From Squalus acanthias (lineage: Eukaryota), in NCBI GenBank assembly GCA_030390025.1, contig CM059432.1:53756001-53820000 (forward strand): a DNA stretch of 64,000 nt, written 5' to 3'. The translations under genes were made by a program, and so were the position numbers. Positions 47,549-58,039 of the stretch are shown piece by piece (within the stretch, counting starts at the first letter, position 1; each line of letters begins with the position of its first letter). Below the pieces are notes generated by a model. That model did no database searches. It worked only from the letters and a program-made list of their open reading frames with translations, and was not told the origin of the DNA.

Positions 47549-47744
47549 GGGGGCCTCTTCCTGTCTTTTTCTGTGGTCGACATTTTTGCACCACTCGTTC
47601 TGAGAGAGAGAGAGAGAGATTCGGAGAGAGAGAAAGAGAGACTTCTACATTGACTCAACGCTTTGTGAGGTAGTTTTGCCTATTGATCCTAACTTTGCTG
47701 CTACTTTAGTTGCTGTCCTTCATTACTTTGCTTGCAAAGACAAT

Positions 47745-48905
47745 ATGGGGGCTGCACTGATTGGGGGCGTCGTCCTGCTCCAGCTGAATCGGAGGATACA
47801 GAGACGCAGAGAGAGAGTGGCAATGATGGCCAGACGGAGGAGGGCCATCAGGCGTATGTACAGGAGAGCTTACCCTCCCAGGGTATATCGTGAACAGCTC
47901 TCCTACATCCATATGTCCGAGGAGCTGTGTTTGCGAAGGCTGCGATTCAGCAAGGAGGTGGTCACTGAGCTCTGCCACCTGCTGCAGCCAGATCTGCAGC
48001 CTCAACTGAGGTCCAGGACGTCTCTGTCGGTGGCAGTGAAGGTCACAGTGGCTTTGAACTTTTACGCTACTGGCTCATTTCAAGCTGCTGCTGGGGACCT
48101 CACCAATATCTCCCAGTTCGCGGTGCATTGCTGCATCCGGCAGGTCACAAATGCCCTCTTCAAAAGGAGACGAGAGTTCATCTCTTTCCCCATGACCCCA
48201 GACAAGCAGCATGACCGCGCTCTGGGCTTTGCGAGGGTAGCGGGCTTCCCCATGGTGCAGGGCGCCATTGACTGCACGCATGTGGCTTTGCGTGCTCCGC
48301 ATGAGAATGCCGAGGAATTCAGGAACAGAAAGGGGTTCCATTCCTTGAATGTCCAGTTGGTCTGTGACCACAGACAGCTGATACTCGCTGTCAATGCCCA
48401 GTATCCTGGCAGCTGCCACGATGCTTTTATCCTGCGCCAGACTACTGTGGCAGAACTTTTCGAGGCATCGCATCAGCCAGTTGGTTGGCTTCTCGGGGAC
48501 AAGGGGTATGCATTGAGCACCTGGCTGATGACACCGCTCCGTACGCCCAACACCCCTGCTGAGCTGCGGTACAATGAGAGCCATCAAGCTACCAGGAACA
48601 TTATTGAGCGCACAATCGGCGTGCTGAAGCAACGGTTCCACTGTCTGGACCATTCCGGAGGAGCCCTGCAGTACTCACCTGAGCGAGTATCGAACTTCGT
48701 AGTCGTGTGCTGCATGTTGCATAACATGGCAATCCTCAGGACCCAGCCAATGCCACCAGGCCTTGGAGCACCACCAGAGGAGGAGGAGGAAGAGGAGGAA
48801 GAGGACGAGGACGATGATCATCAGCAGCACCAAGGCAGGAGGGCGGCCCACAATGGTCAAACTGCAAGGGCCGTCCGTCAACGGCTAATAGCAAGCCGCT
48901 TCTAG
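47745..48905 (+). CDS. Harbinger DDE transposase (386 aa), intact
   Basis: ATG 47745 to TAG 48905; HTH-like N-terminal region; GAIDCTH, CHD, LLGDKGY and IERTIGVLKQRF; acidic C-terminal run. Confidence 0.92.
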   Translation: MGAALIGGVVLLQLNRRIQRRRERVAMMARRRRAIRRMYRRAYPPRVYREQLSYIHMSEELCLRRLRFSKEVVTELCHLLQPDLQPQLRSRTSLSVAVKVTVALNFYATGSFQAAAGDLTNISQFAVHCCIRQVTNALFKRRREFISFPMTPDKQHDRALGFARVAGFPMVQGAIDCTHVALRAPHENAEEFRNRKGFHSLNVQLVCDHRQLILAVNAQYPGSCHDAFILRQTTVAELFEASHQPVGWLLGDKGYALSTWLMTPLRTPNTPAELRYNESHQATRNIIERTIGVLKQRFHCLDHSGGALQYSPERVSNFVVVCCMLHNMAILRTQPMPPGLGAPPEEEEEEEEEDEDDDHQQHQGRRAAHNGQTARAVRQRLIASRF

Positions 48906-49199
48906 GGCCCCTGCCATTGCTACCAAGATTAATGAACCCAGCACGCAACCCCTAAGCCGGCCAAGGCACCAATAATTCCAACCACCAACCATGTATATTT
49001 TGAATACAGAAACTTATTTATTTTACAAACTCTGTGTGTGTCAATTCCTCATGACAAACTCATAGAAATAAACACAAAAAAACAGTCAATAACATAACTG
49101 GTTCTCACAACCTGGAGATAATGTCCAAAACACTAAACAAAAGTTGGACCACGAACCTCGACCTTTAATAAAAAAATGACCAGCATTTTGTCACACCTC

Positions 49200-51022
49200 C
49201 TACTTTTTGCCCTTCGAGGGTGATCTCCTTCCCTTGCGCACTTCCCCCCTTCTAACCCTACTGCTCCTCCGTAATGGAACCTCAGTGGCTGCAGCAAGGC
49301 TGGTGGAAGGCTGCTGCTCGTCAGACCCTGACACTGCAGATGCCCCTGAAGGACGGCCTCGACCAGTTCTGGGCCTGGAGGGCCCGGCTGCAGACTGCAC
49401 CAACTCTGCATGGGCGGCAGCAGTCTGTCCTACAGGCGGTGGCAAGTGCAGTGGAGAAGTGACAGTGTTGGCAGCAGGAATGCTGTCATCGTGAGAGAGG
49501 ACAGCAACTCCCTGCTCGCCCGACACACTGGCACTCCCATGGGGCATCACTTCAGCATCCGGAGCAATCTGCCGGAGAACAGATTGCTGGCCTGCTGCGG
49601 CGCGGTGACAGCCCCGGGGACATGTGCACGAACCATCGAGGTTGGCAGCAGTCTGTGCTCGCGTGGCCTCAATCTGTGTCTGTATGAGAGCAGTCAGAGA
49701 TGGGATCACGGCAGCCAGTGACTGAATTGCAGCACTAAGCGTTAGTGTGGCATCCGCCTGTGCTACAGCGAAGTGCTCCACACTCCTTGCCAGTGACTCA
49801 ATGCATTCGGGCACCCTTCCCACTGCACCCATGAGCTCAGTGTGCATGCCCACCGCCTGGGTGTTCATTTCTGCGATCAGCCGCTCCTCCTCTGCGTCCA
49901 TTGCAGTAGGAGTCTCTGGCATACTCTCCCTCTGGGGAGAAGGCCCCCGTTCTTCCCTACCCCCCCCATGGCGTTGCTGCAGCCCGCTGGGTCCTGGAGC
50001 TTCACCCTCATCAGACCCTTCCCCCCTGCTCCCCTCCAGGGAAGGCGTGTTCCCAGTGTGGGCATGGGCTTCCTCGGGAGAGGGTGGCACTGATGCTCCG
50101 GCTTCCTCTTCCTCCTCAGCTGCAGCATCACTCCCAGTGGCAGCTTCAGGGCCCGTCTCCTCAGCTGGTGAATCACCATCTGAAAGCAGGGAGGTACAAG
50201 AGTGGCTTTAGCATGAGGACAGGGTGGCAGTAAGGGAGGAATAAGTGCAGCGAGTTAGCAAGTTGGATTGAAAGTGTCAAAGGCTGGTGTTGTGAGGGAC
50301 AAGTGGAAGGACAGAGGACAAAAAGGTGATGACCTTACCATTGCTGTCCAGAACGGGGTCGGCGTCTCCAGTGGCGACGGGACCGATCACCCGGCTTGCC
50401 ACAATCCTGTGGACGCGCTCCTCAAGATCGCTGAGGGGTTGCAGCTGAGGCCGCCCTCCACCTGTCCGTTGCTGCTGTCTCCTATTATGCGCCAGCTTGG
50501 CCTGTAAGAAAAAGGACAGCATCTGAGTAAATATACAGCCATGGTCTTGCCTGATGTGCCTCCCATAGGTGAATAGCCCTTACTGTATGCAGCCATGGTC
50601 TTGCCTGATGTGCCTCCCATAGGTGAATAGCCCTTACTGTATGCAAAGTGTGGAATGTGTGTGTGTGTTTGATGAAAGGGCCATAGGTGTTGGATGAGTG
50701 TTGTGCATTGGGGTTTTAAGACCCTCTGGCCATAGAGTGAGGTTGAGATGGAGGGATGGAGAGGTATTGAGAAAAAGCCACTCACCCTGACGACACGAGT
50801 GAGGTCGTTGAACTTTTTGCGGCATTGAGTATGGGTCCTGGGCACCATGCTCCTGGAGGAGACGCTCTGAGCCACCTCCCTCCACACTCTTCTGAACTCG
50901 CGTGGCAAAGGCCTCCTGCCACTCTCAGGGAAGAGCATACATCTTCTGCGCTCCACCGCGTCAACCAGAGCATCCAAGGCCCGCTCGGTGAAGCGATGAG
51001 CGCGTTCTCTCACCCTCTCCAT
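49200..51022 (-). CDS. Harbinger Myb/SANT-like DNA-binding partner, 3 exons (51022-50786, 50501-50339, 50179-49200), 459 aa
   Basis: GT-AG introns. 237+163+980 = 1380 nt, in frame to TAG at 49200. Myb/trihelix motif RF...L.ALV.AVE.R...LF...W.EVA..V......RT..QCRKKFNDL. Confidence 0.88.
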
Positions 51023-52271
51023 GCTTGGCAGCAAAATGGATTCACAGGTCTCTCCAGGCCGAGATTCAAGGCTGCAATGAGCAGGGTGTGGCTGGGGAGC
51101 AAGTTGGCCCCCCCCCGCTTTAAGAAGTGGCCAGCGCCAGTGTGTCTGTGTTCCCTCGCTAACTGGCAGCAGCTGCGCTGCGCTCGCGCGCTGAGTTAGC
51201 GCCTCACTCCTTGGCCTTTGCGCCTTAAGACAGGTGTGCAGCGCCTGCTTTAGTGCTCCACTCACCTCCCGGGGCGGTAAAAGTGAAGTTTCCAGTCAGT
51301 GCCTATAATTAGCGCCAGGCGCTAATATTTGCGTCCAGACGATATTTGCGCCCCAAATGGGGCGCGACCTAATTTCTACCCCCAAGTGCCGGTTTTCAGC
51401 GCATGCGCAGGGCATGCAGAAAACTGGCAATTGGAGAGAGAATGAATTTTTGGCCCAATAAATGGTAGGACACTGAGTAGTGTAGAGGAACAAAGGGGCC
51501 TTGGAGTGCATGTCCACAGATCCCTGGAGGTAGAAGGCCAAGTAGATAAGGTGGTTAAGAAGGCATACAGAATGCTTGCCTTTATTAGCTGTGGCATAGA
51601 ATACAAGAGCAGGGGGGTTATGCTTCAACTATATAAAACACTAGTTAGGCCTCAGCTAGAGTACTGCATGCAGTTCTGGTCACCACATTACAGGAAAGAT
51701 GTGATTGCGCTAAAGAGGGTACAGAGGAGATTTACAAGGATGTTGCCGGGAGTAGAGAATCTTAGCTATGAGGAAAGACTGGATAGGCTGGGTCTGTTTT
51801 CCTTGGAACAGAGGAGGCTGAGGGGAGACCTTATTGAGGTGCATAAAATTATGAGGGGCATAGATAAAGTGAATAGAAAGGTCCTATTTCCCTTAGTAGA
51901 GGGGTCAAAAACCAGGGGGCACAGATTTAAAGTAATTAGTGGAAGGTTTAGAGGGGATTTGAGGGGAAATATCTTCACCCAGAGGGTTGTGGGGGTCTGG
52001 AACTCACTGCCTGAAAGGGTGGTAGAGGCAGGAACCCTAAGCACATTTAAAAAGTACTTGGATGTGCACTTGGGATGCTGTAACCTGCAGGGCTATGGAC
52101 CAAGAGCTGGGAAGTGGGATTAGGCTGGATAGCTCTTTGTTGGCCGACGCGGACACGATGGGCCGAATTGGCCTCCTTCCATGCTGTAACTTTCTATGAT
52201 TCTATGATTCTAAAACAGAAAATGCTGGAAATACTCAGCAAGTCAGGCAGCATCTGTGGAGAGAGAAACAG

Positions 52272-52307
52272 AGTTACGTTTCAGGTCAATGACCCTTCAT
52301 CAGAACT
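52272..52307 (-). ncRNA. Minimal hammerhead ribozyme motif (Penelope left arm)
   Basis: Minus strand AGTT-CTGATGA-AGGGTC-ATT-GACCT-GAAAC-GTA-ACT. Confidence 0.7.
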
Positions 52308-52589
52308 GGACAAAGTTGGAGATGGAACAGGTTTTTAAGCAAGTGTAGGGGCAGGAAGAGGAGGGAGGGGAGGAAAGAACAAAGGGAAAGTCTGTGATAG
52401 GGTGGAAGGTAGGAGAGATTAAGAGACAAAAGGGATGATGGTGCAAGGCAAAAGGAGATGGTAATGGGACAAGTTAAGTTTAGACAACAAAAGATGACTC
52501 TAGATGAAGTGTAAATGGCAATGGCAGAATGAGCGACAGCTGCCATATGAGAGAGAGAGAAAACAAAATGAAAAAGATAGGAGCAGAGG

Positions 52590-53297
52590 TTATGGTCTGA
52601 AATTGTTGAACTCGATGTTGAGTCCAGAAGGCTGTAAAGTGCCTAATCGAAAGATGAGGTGCTGTTCCTCGAGCTTATGTTGAGCTTCATTGGAACAGTG
52701 TAAGAGGCCGAGGACAGAGAGGTCAGAGTGGGAGTGGAGCGGAGAATTAAAGGGACAGGCAACCGAAAGCTCGGAGTCCCCCTTACGGACTGAACGGAGG
52801 TGTTCCGCAAAGCGGTCACCCAATCTGCGTTTGGTCTCCCCAATGTAGAGGAGACCGCATCGTGAGCAGCGAATACAATATACTAAATTGCAAGAAGTAC
52901 AAGTAAATCGCTGTTTCACCTGGAAGGAGTGTTTGAGGCCCTGGACAGTGGGGAGGGAGGAGGTAAAAGGGCATGTGTTGCATCTCCTGCGCTTGCACGT
53001 GAAGGTGCCCGGCGAAGGGGAAGGAGTGTTGGGGGTGATAGAGGAGTGGACCAGGATGTCATGGAGGGAGCGGTCCCTTTGGAATGCTGAAAGGGGAGGT
53101 GAGGGGAAGATGTGTTTGGTGGTGGGATCACGCTGGAGGTGGCGGAAATGGCGGAGGATGATGCGTTGAATGTGGAGGCTGGTGGGGTGAAAGGTGAGGA
53201 CGAGGGGAACCCTATCATGGTTCTGGGAGGGAGAGGAAGGGGTGAGAGCAGAAGTGCGGGAAATAGAACGGACCCGGTCAAGGGCCGTGTCAACCAC
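52590..53297 (-). pseudogene. Penelope (Neptune-like) RT thumb, Cys linker and GIY-YIG endonuclease fragment
   Basis: CKRRRCNTC linker; NLVYCIRCSRCGLLYIGETKRRLGDRFAEH...GLN. Confidence 0.88.
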
Positions 53298-54050
53298 GGA
53301 AGAGGGGAATCCTCATGGGTCCTAGCTATGCCTGCCTTTTCGTGGGATATGTGGAACATTCTTTGTTCCAGTCCTACTCAGGTCCCCTCCCTCACCTCTT
53401 TTTCCGGTACATCGATGACTGTATCAGTGCCGTTTCCTGCTCTCGCCTTGAACTAGAAAATTTCATTTACTTTGCTTCCAATTTCCACCTTTCCCTCACC
53501 TTCACATGGTCCATTTCCGACTCTTCCCTTCCCTTCCTCGACTTCTCTGTCTCCATCTCTGGGGATAGGCTATTGACAAACATTCACTATAAGCCCACTG
53601 ACCAGTGAGGGTGGGGACCTGAGTAGGACTGGAACAAAGAATGTTCCACATATCCCACGAAAAGGCAGGCATAGCTAGGACCCATGCGGGTTCCCATAGC
53701 AATACCTTTAATTTGGAGGAAGTGAGTGGAGTCAAAGGAGAAGTTGTTCAATGTGAGAACAAGTTCAGCCAGGCGAAGGAGGGTGGTGGTGGATGGGGAC
53801 TGGTTGGGCCTCTTCATGTGCAAGCGCAGGAGATGCAACACATGCCCTTTTACCTCCTCCCTCCCCACTGTCCAGGGCCCCAAACACTCCATTGACAAAC
53901 ATTCACTACAAGCCCACTGACTCCCACAGCTAGCTGGACTACACTTCCTCCCACCCTGCATCCTGTAAGGACTCTATTCCATTCTCCCAGTTTCTCTGTC
54001 TCCACCGCATCTGCTGTGATGATGCCACCTTCCATACTAGTGCTTCTGAC

Positions 54051-54797
54051 ATGACTTCCTTTTTCCTCAACCGAGGATTCCCCTCTACTGTGGTTGACAT
54101 GGCCCTTGACCGGATCCGTTCTATTTCCCGCACTTCTGCTCTCACCCCTTCCCCTCCCTCCCAGAACCATGATAGGGTTCCCCTTGTCCTCACCTTTCAC
54201 CCCACCAGCCTCCACATTCAACGCATCATCCTCTGCCATTTCCGCCACCTCCCGCGTGATCCCACCACCAAACACATCTTCCCCTCACCTCCTCTTTCAG
54301 CATTCCGAAGGGACCGCTCCCTCCACGACACCCTGGTCCACTCCTCTATCACCCCCAACACTCCTTCCCCTTCACCCGGCACCTTCCCGTGCAAGCGCAG
54401 GAGATGCAATACATGCATTTTTACCTCCTCCCTTCCCACTGTCCAGGGCCCCAAACACTCCTTCCAGGTGAAACAGCGATTCACTTGTACTTCTTGCAAT
54501 TTAGTATACTGTATTCGCTGCTCACGATGTGATCTCCTCTGCATTGGGGAGACCAAACGCAGATTGGGTGACCACTTTGCGGAATATCTCCGTTCAGTCT
54601 GTAAGGGGGACCCCGAGCTTCCGGTCGCCTGTCCCTTTAATTCTCCGCTCCGCTCCCATTCTGACCTCTCCATCCTCGGCCTCTTACACTGTTCCAATGA
54701 AGCTCAACGTAAGCTCGAGAAACAGCACCTCATCTTTCGATTAGGCACTTTACAGCCTTCTGGACTAAACAGCGAGTTCAACAATTTCAGACCGTAA
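54051..54797 (+). pseudogene. Penelope (Neptune-like) GIY-YIG fragment, second arm
   Basis: Inverted homologue of 52590-53297; YIG is changed to CIG. Confidence 0.88.
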
Positions 54798-55072
54798 CCT
54801 CTGCCCCTATCTTTTTTTCATTTTTTTTTCTCTCTCACATTGCAGCTGTCGATCATTCTGCCAGTGCCATTTACACTTCATCTAGAGTCATCTTTTGTTT
54901 CTTAACTTGTCCCATTACCATCTCCTTTTAACTTGCACCATCATCCCTCTTGTCTCTTAATCGCTTCTGCCTTCCACCCTATCACAAAACTTCCCTTTTG
55001 TTCTTTCCTCCCCTCCCCCCTTCCCCTGCCCCTGCACTTGCTTAAAAACCTGTTCCATCTCCAACTTTTTCC

Positions 55073-55109
55073 AGTTCTGATGAAGGGTCATTGACCTGAA
55101 ATGTTAACT
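55073..55109 (+). ncRNA. Minimal hammerhead ribozyme motif (Penelope right arm)
   Basis: AGTT-CTGATGA-AGGGTC-ATT-GACCT-GAAAT-GTT-AACT. Confidence 0.7.
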
Positions 55110-56619
55110 CTGTTTCTCTCTCCACAGATGCTGCCTGACCTGCTGAGTATTTCCAGCATTTTCTGTTTTTATTTCAAATATTGGCGAATGATTGGTTTAC
55201 TTAATTATCGACTGAGAATTTGTTGCACAAACACAACTGAAAAAGGTCAGCTTTTTACTGAATAATTTCAGTGCCTTTTACAGAGGATTTAAATTGTCTT
55301 GATCATTGTGTTGCTGACTCCCATTTGAAGTCTCCTAGAATTGCTGGTCAAAATAGGTTGGCGTATACCATACCTCGATGACAAGTTCCTTAGTTTATTC
55401 TGAAGCTTGTTGCAGTCAAACATGCTGTGACAGGCTCCATATACTATTTATATATTTGTGTGGCCTTGTTAATCACAAACATCTGAAAAATTGGACACAA
55501 GGGTTTCAATAGGAAGCTTAGCATGACCAGCATGAGTCATCCTGCATACACATATATATAGATAAGACAGCTGCCATTAATAACAATTTGGCCCCAGTTT
55601 GAGAATCAGCAAGAGACCTGTATATAAAAAGCGAATCAAAATCCTTCATATTGCCAAAGCAGCTATCAGTAATCTCAAGGCTTCAAAGCCTGGGCAGTGA
55701 TGCTTTTACTATGCCTTGTAATACCTGTTTTTTTTATATCTTCAAATCGCTATCGCTCAATCTAAATTTTTGTGCTGACAGTAAACTCGTCTTTTTTGTT
55801 CTCAATATATTGATACCACTTTGAAGCTTAAATCAGTTAAGTGACTGGAGAATGGATCTCACTTTAGTTGGCTAACGATAGGTAAATCTGTATTTTCTTG
55901 AGTTGTAATACAAATTGGCTGTAATCTGACATGAAAGATAACTGGACTGTGTGCAAGAAGGGTTTATTAGAAGTAAAAGTCTCTTTTCAAAATACCTGAA
56001 CATGATCCACAACAAAGGGTTTGTATCGATTCTCAATGGCAGTAACAGTGAACAGCATCTCAAAGCTATAAAATGCTTTACAAGCAAGTTGCCTTGGTAA
56101 TAAAACCGGCAGTAAAAGGAATGTGGTAACTGAACCAGCTGAGCTTTATATTCAACATACACATCATACAACAATTATGAACTTTCTCTGTAAATTAGCA
56201 AAATTGCAGTACTAAAATTGTTGTGAATGTAAAATTAAAAGTAGTTCTTTAAAAAAAAAAGTCAAATGGTGCTAAATGACTCTGGATTGCATCCACAACA
56301 AGAAAATTTTAAAAATACATTAGGCTTCAACTTTAAGTGAATTCCTTATTAATAGTTTATACATAGAGGAATAAGAGCTTCATATTCAACACTCTCTAAT
56401 TTTAGTGTGTTTACATTTGGTGATGTATCCCTCAGCAGGTGCTAAGAATCTACAGCATCCTTTTATCAAAGAGGCTATTGTTTTACTACAATTGTTGAAC
56501 CAAATATTTACCATACATATAGCATGAAAATGACAATGCAGAGCGACTGAATCTTACTCCTCTTTGACTGCACCACCTTCACCTAAGGTGGTGGCCTGGC
56601 AGCAGGGTAACTGTGATAT

Positions 56620-56773
56620 TCTAGACACAAAAGGCATCAAGGGGTATGGGGAGAGAGCGGGAATATGGTATTGAGATAGAGGATCAGCCATGATCATATT
56701 GAATGGCGGAGCAGGCTCGAAGGGCCGAATGGCCTACTCCTGCTCCTATTTTTCTATGTTCTATGTTTCTATG
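56620..56773 (+). mobile_element. CR1 3' terminal fragment
   Basis: KGIKGYGERAGIW end, GATCAGCCATGATC...AATGGCCTACTCCTG and a (TTCTATG)n tail. Confidence 0.85.
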
Positions 56774-57209
56774 AATCCACTGTGTGTGACTTGGTATTCA
56801 AATAGCAAATAATATACAGATAGTGCTCCTCTACTGCTGCAGTGTTTCTTTTGATTGTTAAAAAGCTGATGGAATAGTCAGAGGAAAATAGAATGGTGGC
56901 AGAGATTCGAACCAAATGTGACATCGTTGAAACTGTATCTGATTTCTTGGCAGACTGGCTGATATTTCTAGGCATTACTAATTTGAAATGTGCTCAGCTA
57001 AATATATTTTGGCTTTCAATAAGACATGTAATAAAATGATGCACTACTGGCAGCTGAGGTACAGGGAGAATTCTGAGGCTCACGTCATAATATTATGACT
57101 CATCTCAGTTTTGTCACAGTTCAGTATTATTAACAAAGCATATAGCATGCTGGAATGTAGTGTTCAGCTACTAAGTGCAGTCGTAACCTATAGTATTCAC
57201 AGAACCATT

Positions 57210-58011
57210 GGCCTAAAAATTCGAGATCGCTAAAATCCTGCCGGTGCCACTGCGGGCCCGGAGTTAAAGGCCGCTGAAATGAATGGCACTGGCTGGACCG
57301 AGATATTGGTGCTGGTTGCTAATTAACATTAGGCCAGCATTAACTTACTGTTTCCGTGATGGTGGTCCCAGCATGAGGGCCAATGTAGCGTGGCTGTAGT
57401 GTCATTGCTGCAAGAAAAGCCTTCTCTTAAAGCAAGGCGGTCATTTTAGAAAGCAGTGCGGTCCCTTAAAAGGGAACTGCCTTCTCAATTGAAAAATATC
57501 GAAATCATTTACATATAGGCAGTTTTTAGCCCTTACAGCTCAACTGCCTTCTGAAAAAAAATTTACATTAAAAAGAATTCCCAACTGGGAGTCTTCAGCT
57601 CGTAAAGCTGAATTGCCTTCCACACCTAAAAAAAAAGAAAAATACTTCAGCACTAACGTAAATGGCTTAGCAAGCCAGGGAAGGGGCACCCTGGGTCTCG
57701 CATGCAGCACTCCAGCTTTGTGCAGGGGGTCAACACTGCAAGAGAGGTCCTCTACCCATAGGGGCCAGGAGGCCCTCCAGAAAGAACGATGTGGGACCAG
57801 ATCACCAAGGCCGTCACTGCCAGCAGTGTCAACCCCCACGACCTGGCTCCAGTGCCCAAAGAAGCTTCATGACCTCAGACCAGTGGTCAAGGTCACCAAA
57901 ATGGCGGCCACCGAGTCCTGCGCCAGAGGCGGGCGTTAGAGCGTGGCTGCTATTTTTTTCCCCAGGATTGCGGTGCAAATGGGTGGCGGTAAGTAGCCCA
58001 ATTTCTGGGCC
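57210..58011 (+). mobile_element. Non-autonomous Harbinger derivative related to 19941-20410
   Basis: Termini GGCCTAAAAATT / AATTTCTGGGCC; shares TTWLQCPKKLHDLRPVVKV with ORF 20261; no matching TSD. Confidence 0.7.
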
Positions 58012-58039
58012 CAAATATCCTAAGATTTGTCATATATTT

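Larger units (their letters stand above)
47231..51382. mobile_element. Harbinger B, apparently intact autonomous element (4152 bp)
   Basis: TIRs GGGGTAAAAATT / AATTTCTACCCC; TSD caa/caa; both genes open. Confidence 0.93.
45030..51456. repeat. Three tandem 743-bp Harbinger-type MITEs (45030-45772, 45815-46557, 46600-51456), period 785 bp; the third is interrupted by Harbinger B
   Basis: TIR GGCCCAGAAATT / AATTTTTGGGCC; AT-rich core; identical 42-bp CR1-derived spacers; TSDs aat/aat and att/aat. Confidence 0.92.
44566..52211 (+). mobile_element. 5'-truncated CR1 (44566-45029, 42-bp spacers, 51457-52211) hosting MITEs
   Basis: RT from IEFFEEVT to FNPEKCEVM; resumes as NGRTL...RSLEVEGQV (51506-52123); (TTCTATGA)n tail. 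Confidence 0.9.
44529..55175. mobile_element. Inverted (two-armed) Penelope/Neptune-like insertion; left tip 44529-44565 separated from the rest (52212-55175) by a CR1
   Basis: 14-bp TSD AAATATTGGCGAAT at 44515-44528 and 55176-55189. GATGCTGGAAATCTGAAAT|AAAACAGAAAATGCTGG is contiguous once the CR1 is removed (compare 21315-21350). Confidence 0.85.

Noticed and set aside
47745..48905. Domesticated host HARBI1 or NAIF1/MSANTD genes
   Set aside because: The ORFs lie inside TIR- and TSD-bounded, multi-copy elements, so they are transposon genes.
50387..51265. 292-aa ORF read as the full Myb protein
   Set aside because: It reads through intron 1, including the 54-bp duplication. The conserved GT-AG three-exon model fits all copies better.
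56860..57040. Short open frame in unique sequence (SEENRMVAEIRTKCDIV...)
   Set aside because: No convincing splice sites or homology recognised.
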